A DNA stretch of 64,000 nucleotides from Candidatus Algichlamydia australiensis (GCA_033977065.1 JAXCHI010000004.1:96001-160000), one strand, 5' to 3'; shown: positions 20,170-29,740, counted from the first letter of the stretch. The notes: generated from the sequence alone by a model not told the origin. Made by a program: numbers and translations.

Positions 20170-22146
20170 CTAAGCTCCATTTTTTACCGTACTTGCGTTA
20201 TTATGAATCATCTTGCTTGATATTACAGCTTTTGATTGAAGATCAGCAGTGTAAGTGTTTCCTTGTATTTCAATGCTCTCATCTGCTTGAATAGAAAATT
20301 TTTTACATTTGAAAGTGAAGGAGTCTGGTTTTTGAGTGCAGGTGCTCTTTATGCCTTTTTGCTCGCATGTATGTGTCATCTCTTTTCCATCAAAAAGAGT
20401 CTCTTGTTTCATTCCTGTCTCTTTATTCTCAAGTGAGTAATGCACTTTGTCGTTTGTATGTTCAATTGTCGTTGTTTTTTTACCCGTAAGCTCAATTGTC
20501 GACTGAATACTCTCTTTTTCAATTTTAACTGTTTGTGTTTGCGTCATCGAACTTGATTGGATAAGAGTAAACACAGAGTTGCTTCCACCTTCAAATTCAT
20601 GCTTTAAAATGACATACTCATACGCTCCATTTGATGAGAGTACAAGTTGGTTACCTTGCGTGCCACTAGGTAATCGTGCGTGGGGTTGCCAGTCGAGTAC
20701 CCTATGAATTTTTGCAGTGCGGAAGTAGATATTTAAAAGTACTTGCTGATCCTTGCAGAGGGGGTAAAAGTGTTGACCTGTCATAAAATCGGGAAAGAAA
20801 GGGACAACGAGCTTTTCATCCATGGCAAGAGGTACACTTACTTGATAGTGGCCTTGTGGTGTTCCATCAGATGTATTGATATTGAAAGTGGTCTGCTCTT
20901 TTGCTCCTATTTCGCAAAAGACTGTTCCTTGTATCGAAAAGGGATAGTTTGGTGGATTAAAAGGGGGGCGGTCTATATGCTTTTCCTCTTCGTCTTCTGC
21001 ACATATTTCTATTTGCAATTCGTAGGGTTCTTTTTTGTGGAAAATATTATTTGCTTCTGTCTTTCGTCTTGCTCGAATAGAGGCAGTACGTATACGGAAG
21101 GTTTTTTCTGAAAAGGCAAAATTATTGCTCCAATGCCCAGTAGAGAATTTATGACTCGCGAAATTGATAAATGAGTTGGGGAGGAGTTTGTCAAAGTGAA
21201 ATTGATTTACTAAATCGTTTACTGAAAAATAAAGAAGGTTTTTTTCAGGCTTCATTACAGAGCTCACATACCCGTGCCGGTGTTCTGGGAAAATCTGGTC
21301 GATTTCTTTGTCGATAAAGGTTTTACAAGCTTGGGCAAAAGCGTCGCTTACCTCCTTTACTACTTCGTTTATCGTGTCGGGTTGGTGAAGAAGTTTTTGT
21401 TCTGTTGCGCGTGGGGGAGTTGGACAGAGGCAGCGAGGCGGTGTAATCGCTTCTTGGTAAATGGAGTAGGGGGTCTCTTCAAGCGCGGGCTTTTCGCTAT
21501 AAAAGGTGTAGCTATTGTTGGCAAAGTCATAGAGGAGTAGACCTCCTTCTTGGTGAAGATACCAGTGGAGAAATGAATAAAATTGTGGACGCTTTTCTTC
21601 AGGGATTTCAGCTTTTTCTTCTAAAGAGAATGCGAGTATGGGATAGGATGTCTCTAATGCATCAAATTTATAGTTTAAGTTTATGCTAGGAGTTTTATGC
21701 TCCTCAAAGACGTTTTTCATTGTTTTATTTACATAGATACTTTGAGGGAAGTGCTCACTCCAGATTGCTTGTGCGTTGTCTTTGAATGTAATGCTCCAAA
21801 GGTAGATACAAGTTGCTGAGTTTTCATAACTGTTAGTGACGCATTGGAAACTCTGTTTGGTAACGGTTCCTGTTAGCAAAAGAAGGGGAGAGGAGTCGTC
21901 TTCACTATTGTAAAACTTGAGGGTTGCAGTGATAACTTTTGTGCTAAGAAGTAGGGAATCAAGATCTTGATTGTTCATGCTTGTAATTCCAATTTCCGCT
22001 TGATAGCCGTAGGACTGTAGATCAAGGCTAAATTCGTGAATGTCGTTTGGATAGATCGTTTGGTCACTACCATCTGCCTTAAGTTGAAGAGTGAATATTA
22101 AGTCTTTGCTTAATTTAGCTGTTTTTTGTGGGGAAGCTACCATCAT
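20170..22146 (-). CDS. Divergent VgrG-like hub/spike protein
   Basis: 658 aa; FYSFLHWYLHQEGG resembles the VgrG D..F..R...EEG hub motif; OB-fold-like FYPLCKDQQVLL; T/S/K-rich beta-strand C-terminus; follows tssE. Confidence 0.68.
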   Translation of the reverse strand: MMVASPQKTAKLSKDLIFTLQLKADGSDQTIYPNDIHEFSLDLQSYGYQAEIGITSMNNQDLDSLLLSTKVITATLKFYNSEDDSSPLLLLTGTVTKQSFQCVTNSYENSATCIYLWSITFKDNAQAIWSEHFPQSIYVNKTMKNVFEEHKTPSINLNYKFDALETSYPILAFSLEEKAEIPEEKRPQFYSFLHWYLHQEGGLLLYDFANNSYTFYSEKPALEETPYSIYQEAITPPRCLCPTPPRATEQKLLHQPDTINEVVKEVSDAFAQACKTFIDKEIDQIFPEHRHGYVSSVMKPEKNLLYFSVNDLVNQFHFDKLLPNSFINFASHKFSTGHWSNNFAFSEKTFRIRTASIRARRKTEANNIFHKKEPYELQIEICAEDEEEKHIDRPPFNPPNYPFSIQGTVFCEIGAKEQTTFNINTSDGTPQGHYQVSVPLAMDEKLVVPFFPDFMTGQHFYPLCKDQQVLLNIYFRTAKIHRVLDWQPHARLPSGTQGNQLVLSSNGAYEYVILKHEFEGGSNSVFTLIQSSSMTQTQTVKIEKESIQSTIELTGKKTTTIEHTNDKVHYSLENKETGMKQETLFDGKEMTHTCEQKGIKSTCTQKPDSFTFKCKKFSIQADESIEIQGNTYTADLQSKAVISSKMIHNNASTVKNGA

Positions 22147-22511
22147 GGTTGAACCTCCAGTTCTAAAAGTTCTTTTTGATTTTGAAAAGAGAGGAGAAGA
22201 GATCGCTTGGTTTCATGGATCTGACACTTCAAAAGAATTGAAATTTGAAAAATATTGCTACTTTCTACTGGTTCTACTGAATCAATAATCAGGCGAGGTT
22301 CATATTTTTTTAAGACAGCTGCAACTTGAAGGGCGATTTTTTTAACAAAATTCGAAGACTTACTTCCATAAACAATATCTCCTAGGCCATAGTCTCTTTG
22401 AACAGCTTCAAAGAGGCGTTTTGTACTAAGTAAGCAGTGGATATGGTCCAAGATCTCCTGCTCAAAATTTAGCTGGTTTTTTTCTGATCGAAACTTATTG
22501 AAAAAGCTCAT
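22143..22511 (-). CDS. tssE: T6SS baseplate TssE (gp25 family)
   Basis: ILDHIHCLLSTKR..DYGLGDI..KKYEPRL. Confidence 0.9.
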   Translation of the reverse strand: MSFFNKFRSEKNQLNFEQEILDHIHCLLSTKRLFEAVQRDYGLGDIVYGSKSSNFVKKIALQVAAVLKKYEPRLIIDSVEPVESSNIFQISILLKCQIHETKRSLLLSFQNQKELLELEVQP

Positions 22512-23758
22512 TTTATCGCCTCACTTTTCCAATAAAGACAGGGGTGTAGAGCATCGCTACTACTATGACAAGCAAAAGCAATGCGCCTCTCTTTGATTGC
22601 AGTATTCCACTCCACTCCCTTTTTTACAGAGAAAATGTAGGCAGATTTAGAAAAATTATTATTAAAAGGGGCGGTTTCAAGGCGGAGAAGTTCAATTCCA
22701 CTTAGAGCAAACTGACAAATAATAGGTAGGCGTGAATAAGCAGCAAGTTTAATACCTTCAATGTCTGACTTAATAAGGGTGTTTTTTGGTGGTTGTAGTA
22801 TGAGATAGATTTCTGTAGCGTCTTTTAGAGTGGAAGGTAATTCCTCTGAAAGGAAGCAATCTTCCTTCTTTTCGAATTCGATCTGGTGCATTTTTTCTGT
22901 TGAGGTGGTATTGTAATTACAGATATTGTTAATCAATTTTGAAAATATGCAGTCTAATTTGTTGTGATCGTAGAGAGTGATATCTGGGGGTGTACGATCT
23001 GCATGGATTAGGGAGAGTGTGTCAAGAAGTTGGCAGAGATGTTCATAAAAAAAATAGGGATGAAAAAGAGTTTTCTCTTCAACATTTTGGAGATAGCGCT
23101 CTACTTTTGTAACTTCTTTTAGGCAGATGCGCGTATCAATTGTACGTGTATCATATTTAAATTCCTCTTTTAGACCTTCAAGATAAGATTTAACTTGATC
23201 TCTGTAAGATTTGAAAAAAGGAGTTTCTACTACAGAAAGTGATGGCGGAATGTACTCTCCTAATTTCCAAAACCCTTCAGCATTACTTTCTAGCTCTGCA
23301 ATTTTAAGAGAGCTTTTTAAAGAGAGGTCAGAATCTGTTGATAATTTGAGTTGATACATGGAGAAAAGAATTTTTTCACTACCTTCTTCTGCTTCTATTT
23401 CGTCCTCATGTTCAGATTGGGATTTTAATAGATAGAGGTAGAGGGATACTGTTTTGTTCCGCACTTTTGGAAGAGAGTAGTGGGGAACTGTGGCGTTACT
23501 GGGAACATTAATAATTTCTCCATTTGGAAAGATAGCATGCATCTTCTCAATATTAATTATTCCTCTTTGGAGTTTTGCATTATCCCATTTTAGACTCTCA
23601 ATTCCATAACAGGGAAGTCCTAGCATGGCAGTATAGCGGCGCGTATGAGCAAGCAAAGCACGCTCTTGCGCAATCAGATGGGCAGGCAGGAGTGCCTGCC
23701 CAGTTTTCCAAGAGACATGCTTTAACTGCTCCCCTTTAAGCAGCAGGTGGTGTTCCAT
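22508..23758 (-). CDS. tssK: T6SS baseplate TssK (IglD-like)
   Basis: VSWKTGQALLPAHLIAQE, YIPPSL, HPYFFY, YDHNKL, ALSGIEL motifs. Confidence 0.88.
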   Translation of the reverse strand: MEHHLLLKGEQLKHVSWKTGQALLPAHLIAQERALLAHTRRYTAMLGLPCYGIESLKWDNAKLQRGIINIEKMHAIFPNGEIINVPSNATVPHYSLPKVRNKTVSLYLYLLKSQSEHEDEIEAEEGSEKILFSMYQLKLSTDSDLSLKSSLKIAELESNAEGFWKLGEYIPPSLSVVETPFFKSYRDQVKSYLEGLKEEFKYDTRTIDTRICLKEVTKVERYLQNVEEKTLFHPYFFYEHLCQLLDTLSLIHADRTPPDITLYDHNKLDCIFSKLINNICNYNTTSTEKMHQIEFEKKEDCFLSEELPSTLKDATEIYLILQPPKNTLIKSDIEGIKLAAYSRLPIICQFALSGIELLRLETAPFNNNFSKSAYIFSVKKGVEWNTAIKERRIAFACHSSSDALHPCLYWKSEAIK

Positions 23759-24377
23759 AAGTGAACATTTTTTTGCTGTCTTTATTGTAGTAGTAGGTAA
23801 TGCCTTGCTCTTTTCCCTCTTTCCAATCTTCTCCCTGAATGGCGAGTGAAACGATATAACCTGAAACAGAGTACTTTTTTTGTGGTCGAACTTTCTTCAG
23901 CGGCTTACCGCCCCAGTCGGCTTGTGGAACGATTCTTCCTCTAAACTCACCAAAACCTAAGTCGTGTGAAAAGTGCTTTTCATAGGCTCCTTTTCCACTT
24001 CCTTCTCCACTACGATACCTCCAGGATATGTAAGTGCCGCTGATAACGTTTTCATCTTCATCCTCAACTTTTGCCTCAACTTTTGAGAACATGCTATCAC
24101 TCATAAATAGTTGTATGCGTTTAGGATCTTCAGAGTCTTTGCTCCATTGAAAGGACAATATTGGACCAATCGTAGGAACTTTTACACTTGTGCTATCAGG
24201 TAAAAAAAGTGGGATCATATCCCCTTTTTTTTCTGTAAAATCCGTTTCATCAATTGTCATTGTTAGCATATGAGCAACGGATGCGGTTGATCCAGATCCA
24301 AAGCCCATTGCTGTATCCATTGAATAAAGCTCATCAATTGGAACTCTATTGCTATTACTTTCAGTTGCTGTACTCAT
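23736..24377 (-). CDS. Putative tail-tube protein (Hcp/IglC-like)
   Basis: 213 aa, beta-rich, strong GGAGG RBS, between tssC and tssK as iglC lies between iglB and iglD; no canonical Hcp motif seen. Confidence 0.6.
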   Translation of the reverse strand: MSTATESNSNRVPIDELYSMDTAMGFGSGSTASVAHMLTMTIDETDFTEKKGDMIPLFLPDSTSVKVPTIGPILSFQWSKDSEDPKRIQLFMSDSMFSKVEAKVEDEDENVISGTYISWRYRSGEGSGKGAYEKHFSHDLGFGEFRGRIVPQADWGGKPLKKVRPQKKYSVSGYIVSLAIQGEDWKEGKEQGITYYYNKDSKKMFTYGTPPAA

Positions 24378-24446
24378 CTCAAACCTCCGTTATTGAGATT
24401 GATTTCTTACTTTCCCTCCAATTTTTAGAGGGGACTATTTGTAGCA

Positions 24447-25967
24447 TTAGCCTAGGCGTGACTCTAGGCGTAGCTCTGCATCCAAACCCTCCATTTGAAT
24501 ATGAGGTAGGATACAAATCGAGCAAGAGTACCAGCCAATATTTCCTTCTTGCTCTTTTACAGAGATAGTGGCTGCCTTAAACGGGAATCTTCTAAGCGTT
24601 AGGTTATCAGGATTTGTAATCGCTGTAGTATAGTTTTCAATCCATCTTGATAGAACGCCCTGGAGATAAGGTGCATCAGCTGAAGAACCGACATTATCAA
24701 GGGCTATGATTTTTACGTAGTGTGCAATTCTTGTAATTGAGTAAGTGTAAGAGAGGTTGCAAACCATCTGAGCATTTTCTGAGTCTTTAGGGTCGACAAA
24801 AGCTTTTGGCTTTTTTAACGACTGGGTGCTAAAAAAGCACGCTTCTCCACTATTTTTTCGATATACAAGGGGAATAAAGCCACACTCGGCAAATTCGAGT
24901 TCGCGATACCCTGGAATCACCATCTCAACAGGAATTTTTATTTCCTCTTTTCCGCCCATGCTAAAGGTGTGAACAGGTAGTCCCATAATGAGCCCACCCC
25001 CTTTTGGTCCTCGTAGGTATTGGCACCAACCGGACGAGTCAAAGGAGCGATAGAGATTTTTGGCAAAGAGTACAGCAGCATTTCCCCACGAGTACTTGCT
25101 GTTATCATGAAAACTCGCCTGTTTTTCTTTATCATCGGGTTTCATATTTTCAGTGAAATTTAAATCACCGCAAGGATTTTTGACGGGATCCCATGGAAGT
25201 CTCTGAACGTAAGAGGGGAGGCAGAGACCAAGATAAGCAGACTCCTCAGTTTCACGGATAGCGTTGAAAGAGGCGTACTTTGGGTTGCTCATAAGACCCT
25301 TGAAATCCTTAATTGCTGCAAGCTCTTCAATGGTTTCGCATCCGAAAAATTGTGTTGAAACAGAGCTTACAAATGGAGCGTGAGATGCTGCTGCAATTTT
25401 GCTCATGATCTTAAGCCACTCCTCATCTGCAGGAGTATGATCAAATTTATAGAGCCCAATAATACTGCCGAAAGGTTCTCCACCAAACTGGTCATACTCA
25501 GCACTGTAAACCTTGGAAAAGAGGGAAGAGCCTGTAAAGTCAACAGAATTTTTTTCAAAATCTTCTTGTAGTTCTTCTTTAGAGACGTCTAGAAAATCAA
25601 GCTTTTGCGCGTTATCAACATTATTAAAGTTACACTCCTTTGCAATGTCGAAAAGGCCCATCCAGGATGACTCAAGTTCTTTAAATTCTTTTTTATGAAT
25701 GATCTCGTTAATTTGGTCGTTTATCATCTCATTGATTCGAGAAATAACCTCTTGGATTTTGGCTTTATCGAGGCGGACACTCTGTCGATCGACGTTCCAA
25801 ATAAGAGCTGCTAGTGTAGAAGCAAAGCGTGCAGCGTCTGAAACATCTTCGTTAATCACTTTACGTTCTTCTTGGACAATTGGTATAAGAGCTGTCTCTT
25901 CATCCCAATCCATGCGAAGGCTCTTAATTAGCTTCTCTATTGTAATTTCTTCAGTAGCTGTGCTCAT
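24447..25967 (-). CDS. tssC: T6SS sheath large subunit TssC (VipB/IglB)
   Basis: FKELESSWMGL, EYDQFGGEPFG, IAAASHAPF, WGNAA, GGGLIMGLPVH, RIAHYVK. Confidence 0.97.
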   Translation of the reverse strand: MSTATEEITIEKLIKSLRMDWDEETALIPIVQEERKVINEDVSDAARFASTLAALIWNVDRQSVRLDKAKIQEVISRINEMINDQINEIIHKKEFKELESSWMGLFDIAKECNFNNVDNAQKLDFLDVSKEELQEDFEKNSVDFTGSSLFSKVYSAEYDQFGGEPFGSIIGLYKFDHTPADEEWLKIMSKIAAASHAPFVSSVSTQFFGCETIEELAAIKDFKGLMSNPKYASFNAIRETEESAYLGLCLPSYVQRLPWDPVKNPCGDLNFTENMKPDDKEKQASFHDNSKYSWGNAAVLFAKNLYRSFDSSGWCQYLRGPKGGGLIMGLPVHTFSMGGKEEIKIPVEMVIPGYRELEFAECGFIPLVYRKNSGEACFFSTQSLKKPKAFVDPKDSENAQMVCNLSYTYSITRIAHYVKIIALDNVGSSADAPYLQGVLSRWIENYTTAITNPDNLTLRRFPFKAATISVKEQEGNIGWYSCSICILPHIQMEGLDAELRLESRLG

Positions 25968-26500
25968 TTTTTCTCCTCCACTTTTTCCTCTTTTATGGAT
26001 ATTGTGTAGTCCTTCTCATACTTTTGCAGTTTATTTCGCAGGTTCGCAAAAGATTCAGGATCCGAGTAAAGACGGTTAAGTAGTTGTGCAAACTCTTTTT
26101 TATTCGCCACATTTGATTGCATTTCTTCTAAAAATCTCTTCAATAGAAGAAGAGAACGAATTTCAGGAACACGCTCAGCTATTTTTTGAGGGTTGAATGA
26201 TTTCATGCTGTCAATAGGCAACTTGACACGAAGCTCTCCTCCATGTGCACTAAGCTTATTGTCGACAACCATATTTAAACTAATATTCATCTCTTTCATA
26301 TGATGATCAAAATTATCACCGTTAATGCTGCGGAGAGAACGCTCATCAAGATCTTTTTTTCGATCTCTAGATGTGCCGTTGGAAAAATTTCCGAGAACCA
26401 GTAAGCGAAGAGGAAGGTTAACACCTTTCGGCTCACCGTTAATTGTTGTTCTGTATCTGAGAGTGATACGTGACTTTTTTACTTCATCCTGTACTGACAT
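25964..26500 (-). CDS. tssB: T6SS sheath small subunit TssB (VipA/IglA)
   Basis: RITLRY..LPLRLLVLGNFS, SMKSFNPQKIAERVPEIRSLL. Confidence 0.96.
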   Translation of the reverse strand: MSVQDEVKKSRITLRYRTTINGEPKGVNLPLRLLVLGNFSNGTSRDRKKDLDERSLRSINGDNFDHHMKEMNISLNMVVDNKLSAHGGELRVKLPIDSMKSFNPQKIAERVPEIRSLLLLKRFLEEMQSNVANKKEFAQLLNRLYSDPESFANLRNKLQKYEKDYTISIKEEKVEEKK

Positions 26501-26538
26501 TTTGCCTCCTACGAGTAACCTTTATGGCTTTTCAGGAA

Positions 26539-26589
26539 ATCAGACTACACCAGGTCAAAATGTTAAGTCAATAACAAAATTATGTTATT
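26539..26589 (-). promoter_or_regulatory. Putative tssB operon promoter with adjacent inverted repeat
   Basis: Minus strand TTGACT-18nt-TAGTCT; AATAACA-aaatta-TGTTATT palindrome (26570-26589) abuts the -35. Confidence 0.45.
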
Positions 26590-26662
26590 TAAAAATTAAG
26601 AAATCTTGCGTAAAAATTTTCACTTTCATACCATTTTCCTTGAATTTACCTGGGAGGTTTCT

Positions 26663-27991
26663 ATGGTATACATATCTGGTCCTAGCGATACCCTTGGACA
26701 GCTAAAAGAAATTGATGGTTATCAAGGGTCTTTAGAGGAGTACTGCCAAAAGTTCAATACGCAGAATGGAACGAGTTATCTAAACACAGATGCTCGTCTG
26801 CTTCCGTATTACCCTTATATTTTAATTTCTGAACCACCAATCGATGTGGAGGGGGCTCAAGAAGCTGTTTCAGTTATAAAAAACTTTCCAGAGGAAGTTC
26901 GAGAGCGCATGCGTCTTATGCAAGTGGAAGGGATTGATATGTTAACGCACCTCGCATTGTCAGAGGTTTTTGATAAAGCAAGGCGTTACGCTGATAGTGC
27001 AAGGAGTTGGATGGATGAGCCCTTGATTACGACCCCATGGAATTTTATTAATGTTTCGCTAACGAACCAATCAGCAATTGATCTGGTTACTGGAGCATTA
27101 CCAGACGTAACAGAAGCGATACTTAAGAGTTCATTTCCCTATGATCCGTTACATGCTCTATCCTTTCATATGATGGAAATGGATAAGTCCAATCGGGAGC
27201 TTGCTCGACTCAATTTGATAAAAGGAAGAGATAATGATCCCAATTTTTTTAGACAGAAAGAGCAATTGCGCGAGAGTGTTAAAATGCATAAATTGGAAAT
27301 CAAAAGAATCTTGCCCGCTAGTTTAGATAGCGAACTCCAGAAGTTTTTACGAAAAATATATACACCAGATGTAATTAGAAAAATTAGAAATGGAGTCTTA
27401 TCAAGTAGATTAGCTCGAAAAGGGGCAAAAAGCTCGAATTCTAAAATTCAAGCAAGGTCGGTATTATCTGAGTTGCAATTTATGACTAAAACTGGTCTTG
27501 AAACTTTCGAGAAAAGAATGGCAATGCTTAAAACAGTTGGCGGTACCTTAGGTTCTACGGGGACGTTTCTTTCGTATGGATTGGTTGCGTATGATACAGA
27601 ACGTGCATACCACGAGGGGGATGGAGTGATGAAGACATTTTTCAGCGAAATGGCAGGTCTTGAAGTTAGTGCTTACATGAGTGCTGCAGTAACATCACGA
27701 GTACTTATGGGTGTTAGCGCAATTGCTGGAGAAGAGCTCTTGGTAGGGGGTGCCATTGTTTGTGCTGCAACTGTAGGTTGGGTCGTAGTTTTGGGCGCAG
27801 GCCTATTAGCCGCAGGATATGTAGGAGCGAAAGCGACGGGAATCATTCAGTATTTATGGGAACCTGAAAATCGAAAAGAAGTGTGGGAAGAGGTAAAAGC
27901 TAATACTCACGCTGCGGAAAAACATATTATAGATGCGTGGGACACCTCTCGAGATTGGGTTCGCCATTTTTATGCCGGTTCAGATGAGTGA
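26663..27991 (+). CDS. Hypothetical protein, LysM-like N-terminus and Gly/Ala-rich hydrophobic C-terminus (effector candidate)
   Basis: GGAGG RBS before ATG 26663; YISGPSDTLGQL..NG..LLPY; C-terminal GGAIVCAATVGWVVVLGAGLLAAGYVG. Confidence 0.55.
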   Translation: MVYISGPSDTLGQLKEIDGYQGSLEEYCQKFNTQNGTSYLNTDARLLPYYPYILISEPPIDVEGAQEAVSVIKNFPEEVRERMRLMQVEGIDMLTHLALSEVFDKARRYADSARSWMDEPLITTPWNFINVSLTNQSAIDLVTGALPDVTEAILKSSFPYDPLHALSFHMMEMDKSNRELARLNLIKGRDNDPNFFRQKEQLRESVKMHKLEIKRILPASLDSELQKFLRKIYTPDVIRKIRNGVLSSRLARKGAKSSNSKIQARSVLSELQFMTKTGLETFEKRMAMLKTVGGTLGSTGTFLSYGLVAYDTERAYHEGDGVMKTFFSEMAGLEVSAYMSAAVTSRVLMGVSAIAGEELLVGGAIVCAATVGWVVVLGAGLLAAGYVGAKATGIIQYLWEPENRKEVWEEVKANTHAAEKHIIDAWDTSRDWVRHFYAGSDE

Positions 27992-28057
27992 TTATTTGCA
28001 TAAATTTGATTTTTTGTTAATAATCCCTGAGTTAACGCTAGCCTAATCAGGTTTTTT

Positions 28058-29740
28058 ATGGATAACATAGGAAAAATTTTTCTCCTGTTTGCATCAATTG
28101 GCATCTGTTTGTTTGGAGTTGATGAAGAGATAGTAGGAGATGAAGAAGTGCAGCGAAAAGGCAGAGGCTGGGGTGATTGGTTCACTACGTGGACACTTTC
28201 TGAAAAGGCAGAAGGAGCCTACCGCAGTGTTTTTAAGGCTGAAGAGTGGGCGCCTATAGACAATAGCCAAATAGAACAGGCACAAAAAACACTTAAACAA
28301 CTTGAAACTGAAATTGACGGTCTAAAGATTCATCGTAACGCGTTAGAAATAAATATTAATAATTTAAAAGGTGAGTATGAAGAATTAAAGGAAGAAGTTG
28401 AACCGAGGATTTCAAACCTTAAAGCAGACGAAAGAGGGCTTGACGGATGGGAATTAAAGCTTAAAAATAGGGGGGAAAATCTAAAGATAATAGAAGAAAA
28501 ACTTCAAGAAGATAAAGATCAATATGAAATTGATAAAGCTTTATTAGAAACAAAGCTTAAGGAAGAAATTCCGGTATTGAGAGAAGGATATGAAAGTGAG
28601 CGAGGATTTTATCAAACGCGAATGCAGGCGTTAAGGAGTGCAAAGCAGAGGTATATCCCAGATGCTAAATGTGAAACTACCCTCAAACAGTTTTCTTACT
28701 TTGTCTATGATCCTCTGCCCGTTAGCAGATGGCTTGCAAATATGAGCCTAAGTAGTTTTTATGAGAGTGACCTGGGCACACTATTCCGAGAGCATCAAAA
28801 TTTCATCGATATTAACTCCATGAATCGCTTTGAAATTTGGCTAGAACCCTTTGGTCTCTACTCTCTCTGGGATCAAGATGGGGAGAAGATTCAATGTAGA
28901 ATGCAAGCAGTTGGTTTTACGATGGGAGGAGGAGTTTCCTTTGCTGACCAGTGTGCTCTTGGTCTTGGCTTTGGATATTGGTATACAGATTTGCGTTCTA
29001 GAGATAGTGATGAATTTAAGGGAGGGTACGACACCTTTGTTCTTGGGCCCTATTTTAATTGGAGTTTTGGCAAAGGATATTTTGGATTGATGCTTTGGGG
29101 TGGATGGAGCGATTTTTCTGTTAGCAGAGAGGGACAGTTTGATGAGATAGTTCAGCGAACAGAGAATACTCACACAGGATGGAGTTTAGCAGGAAGAGCA
29201 GAACTGGGGTATTCATTTGTAGTGGGAAATATTGCAGCAAACCCCACCTTTATCAAGCCTTTCATCACTTTTGATTACTACAGTGATTTTCAAGAGGCGT
29301 ATACAGAAGAGAATGGTTCCAATAAAGCGTATGGTGCTATTGAAATATATAAAGTAGAAAACAACAGACACTGCAACTTTTTAAGTACTAAAGCTGCTCT
29401 TGAATGTAAAAAAGAGTATCATAAGCATGGAAAAGGCTACTTTATTCCAACGGCTACAGTTGGCTGGCGCTATTTACACCCACTTGCTTGTGATGACTCT
29501 AAAGTAAAGTGCTTTATTGCGCCGGATGAAGGTGATGCAAGCGACAAAAAAGCTGCTTTAGGGGCAGCTTTGCATACAGTCTCGCATACTAGTTATGTAT
29601 CAAATAATCAAATATTTTTAGACACAGGTTTTGCTTATATTGCTCGCAATGGTATTGCAACTGCATTGCAAATTGAAGCAAGCATTGGCTCACACTATCA
29701 AATTTATGGCGCAGAGGTACGCCTAGAAATTGGCTGGTAA
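28058..29740 (+). CDS. Autotransporter-like protein: signal peptide, coiled-coil passenger, beta-barrel
   Basis: IWLEPFG barrel start, amphipathic strands, terminal YGAEVRLEIGW; E/K/L heptads at residues ~65-195. Confidence 0.82.
   Translation: MDNIGKIFLLFASIGICLFGVDEEIVGDEEVQRKGRGWGDWFTTWTLSEKAEGAYRSVFKAEEWAPIDNSQIEQAQKTLKQLETEIDGLKIHRNALEININNLKGEYEELKEEVEPRISNLKADERGLDGWELKLKNRGENLKIIEEKLQEDKDQYEIDKALLETKLKEEIPVLREGYESERGFYQTRMQALRSAKQRYIPDAKCETTLKQFSYFVYDPLPVSRWLANMSLSSFYESDLGTLFREHQNFIDINSMNRFEIWLEPFGLYSLWDQDGEKIQCRMQAVGFTMGGGVSFADQCALGLGFGYWYTDLRSRDSDEFKGGYDTFVLGPYFNWSFGKGYFGLMLWGGWSDFSVSREGQFDEIVQRTENTHTGWSLAGRAELGYSFVVGNIAANPTFIKPFITFDYYSDFQEAYTEENGSNKAYGAIEIYKVENNRHCNFLSTKAALECKKEYHKHGKGYFIPTATVGWRYLHPLACDDSKVKCFIAPDEGDASDKKAALGAALHTVSHTSYVSNNQIFLDTGFAYIARNGIATALQIEASIGSHYQIYGAEVRLEIGW

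Noticed and set aside
24412..24434. Hairpin between tssC and the tube gene as a terminator
   Set aside because: Short stem, long loop, no U-tract on the coding strand.
17021..26500. Prophage tail or extracellular contractile injection system (Afp/PVC)
   Set aside because: Two-subunit TssB/C sheath plus TssK/L/M/J anchor, and no capsid, terminase, tape-measure or lysis genes.
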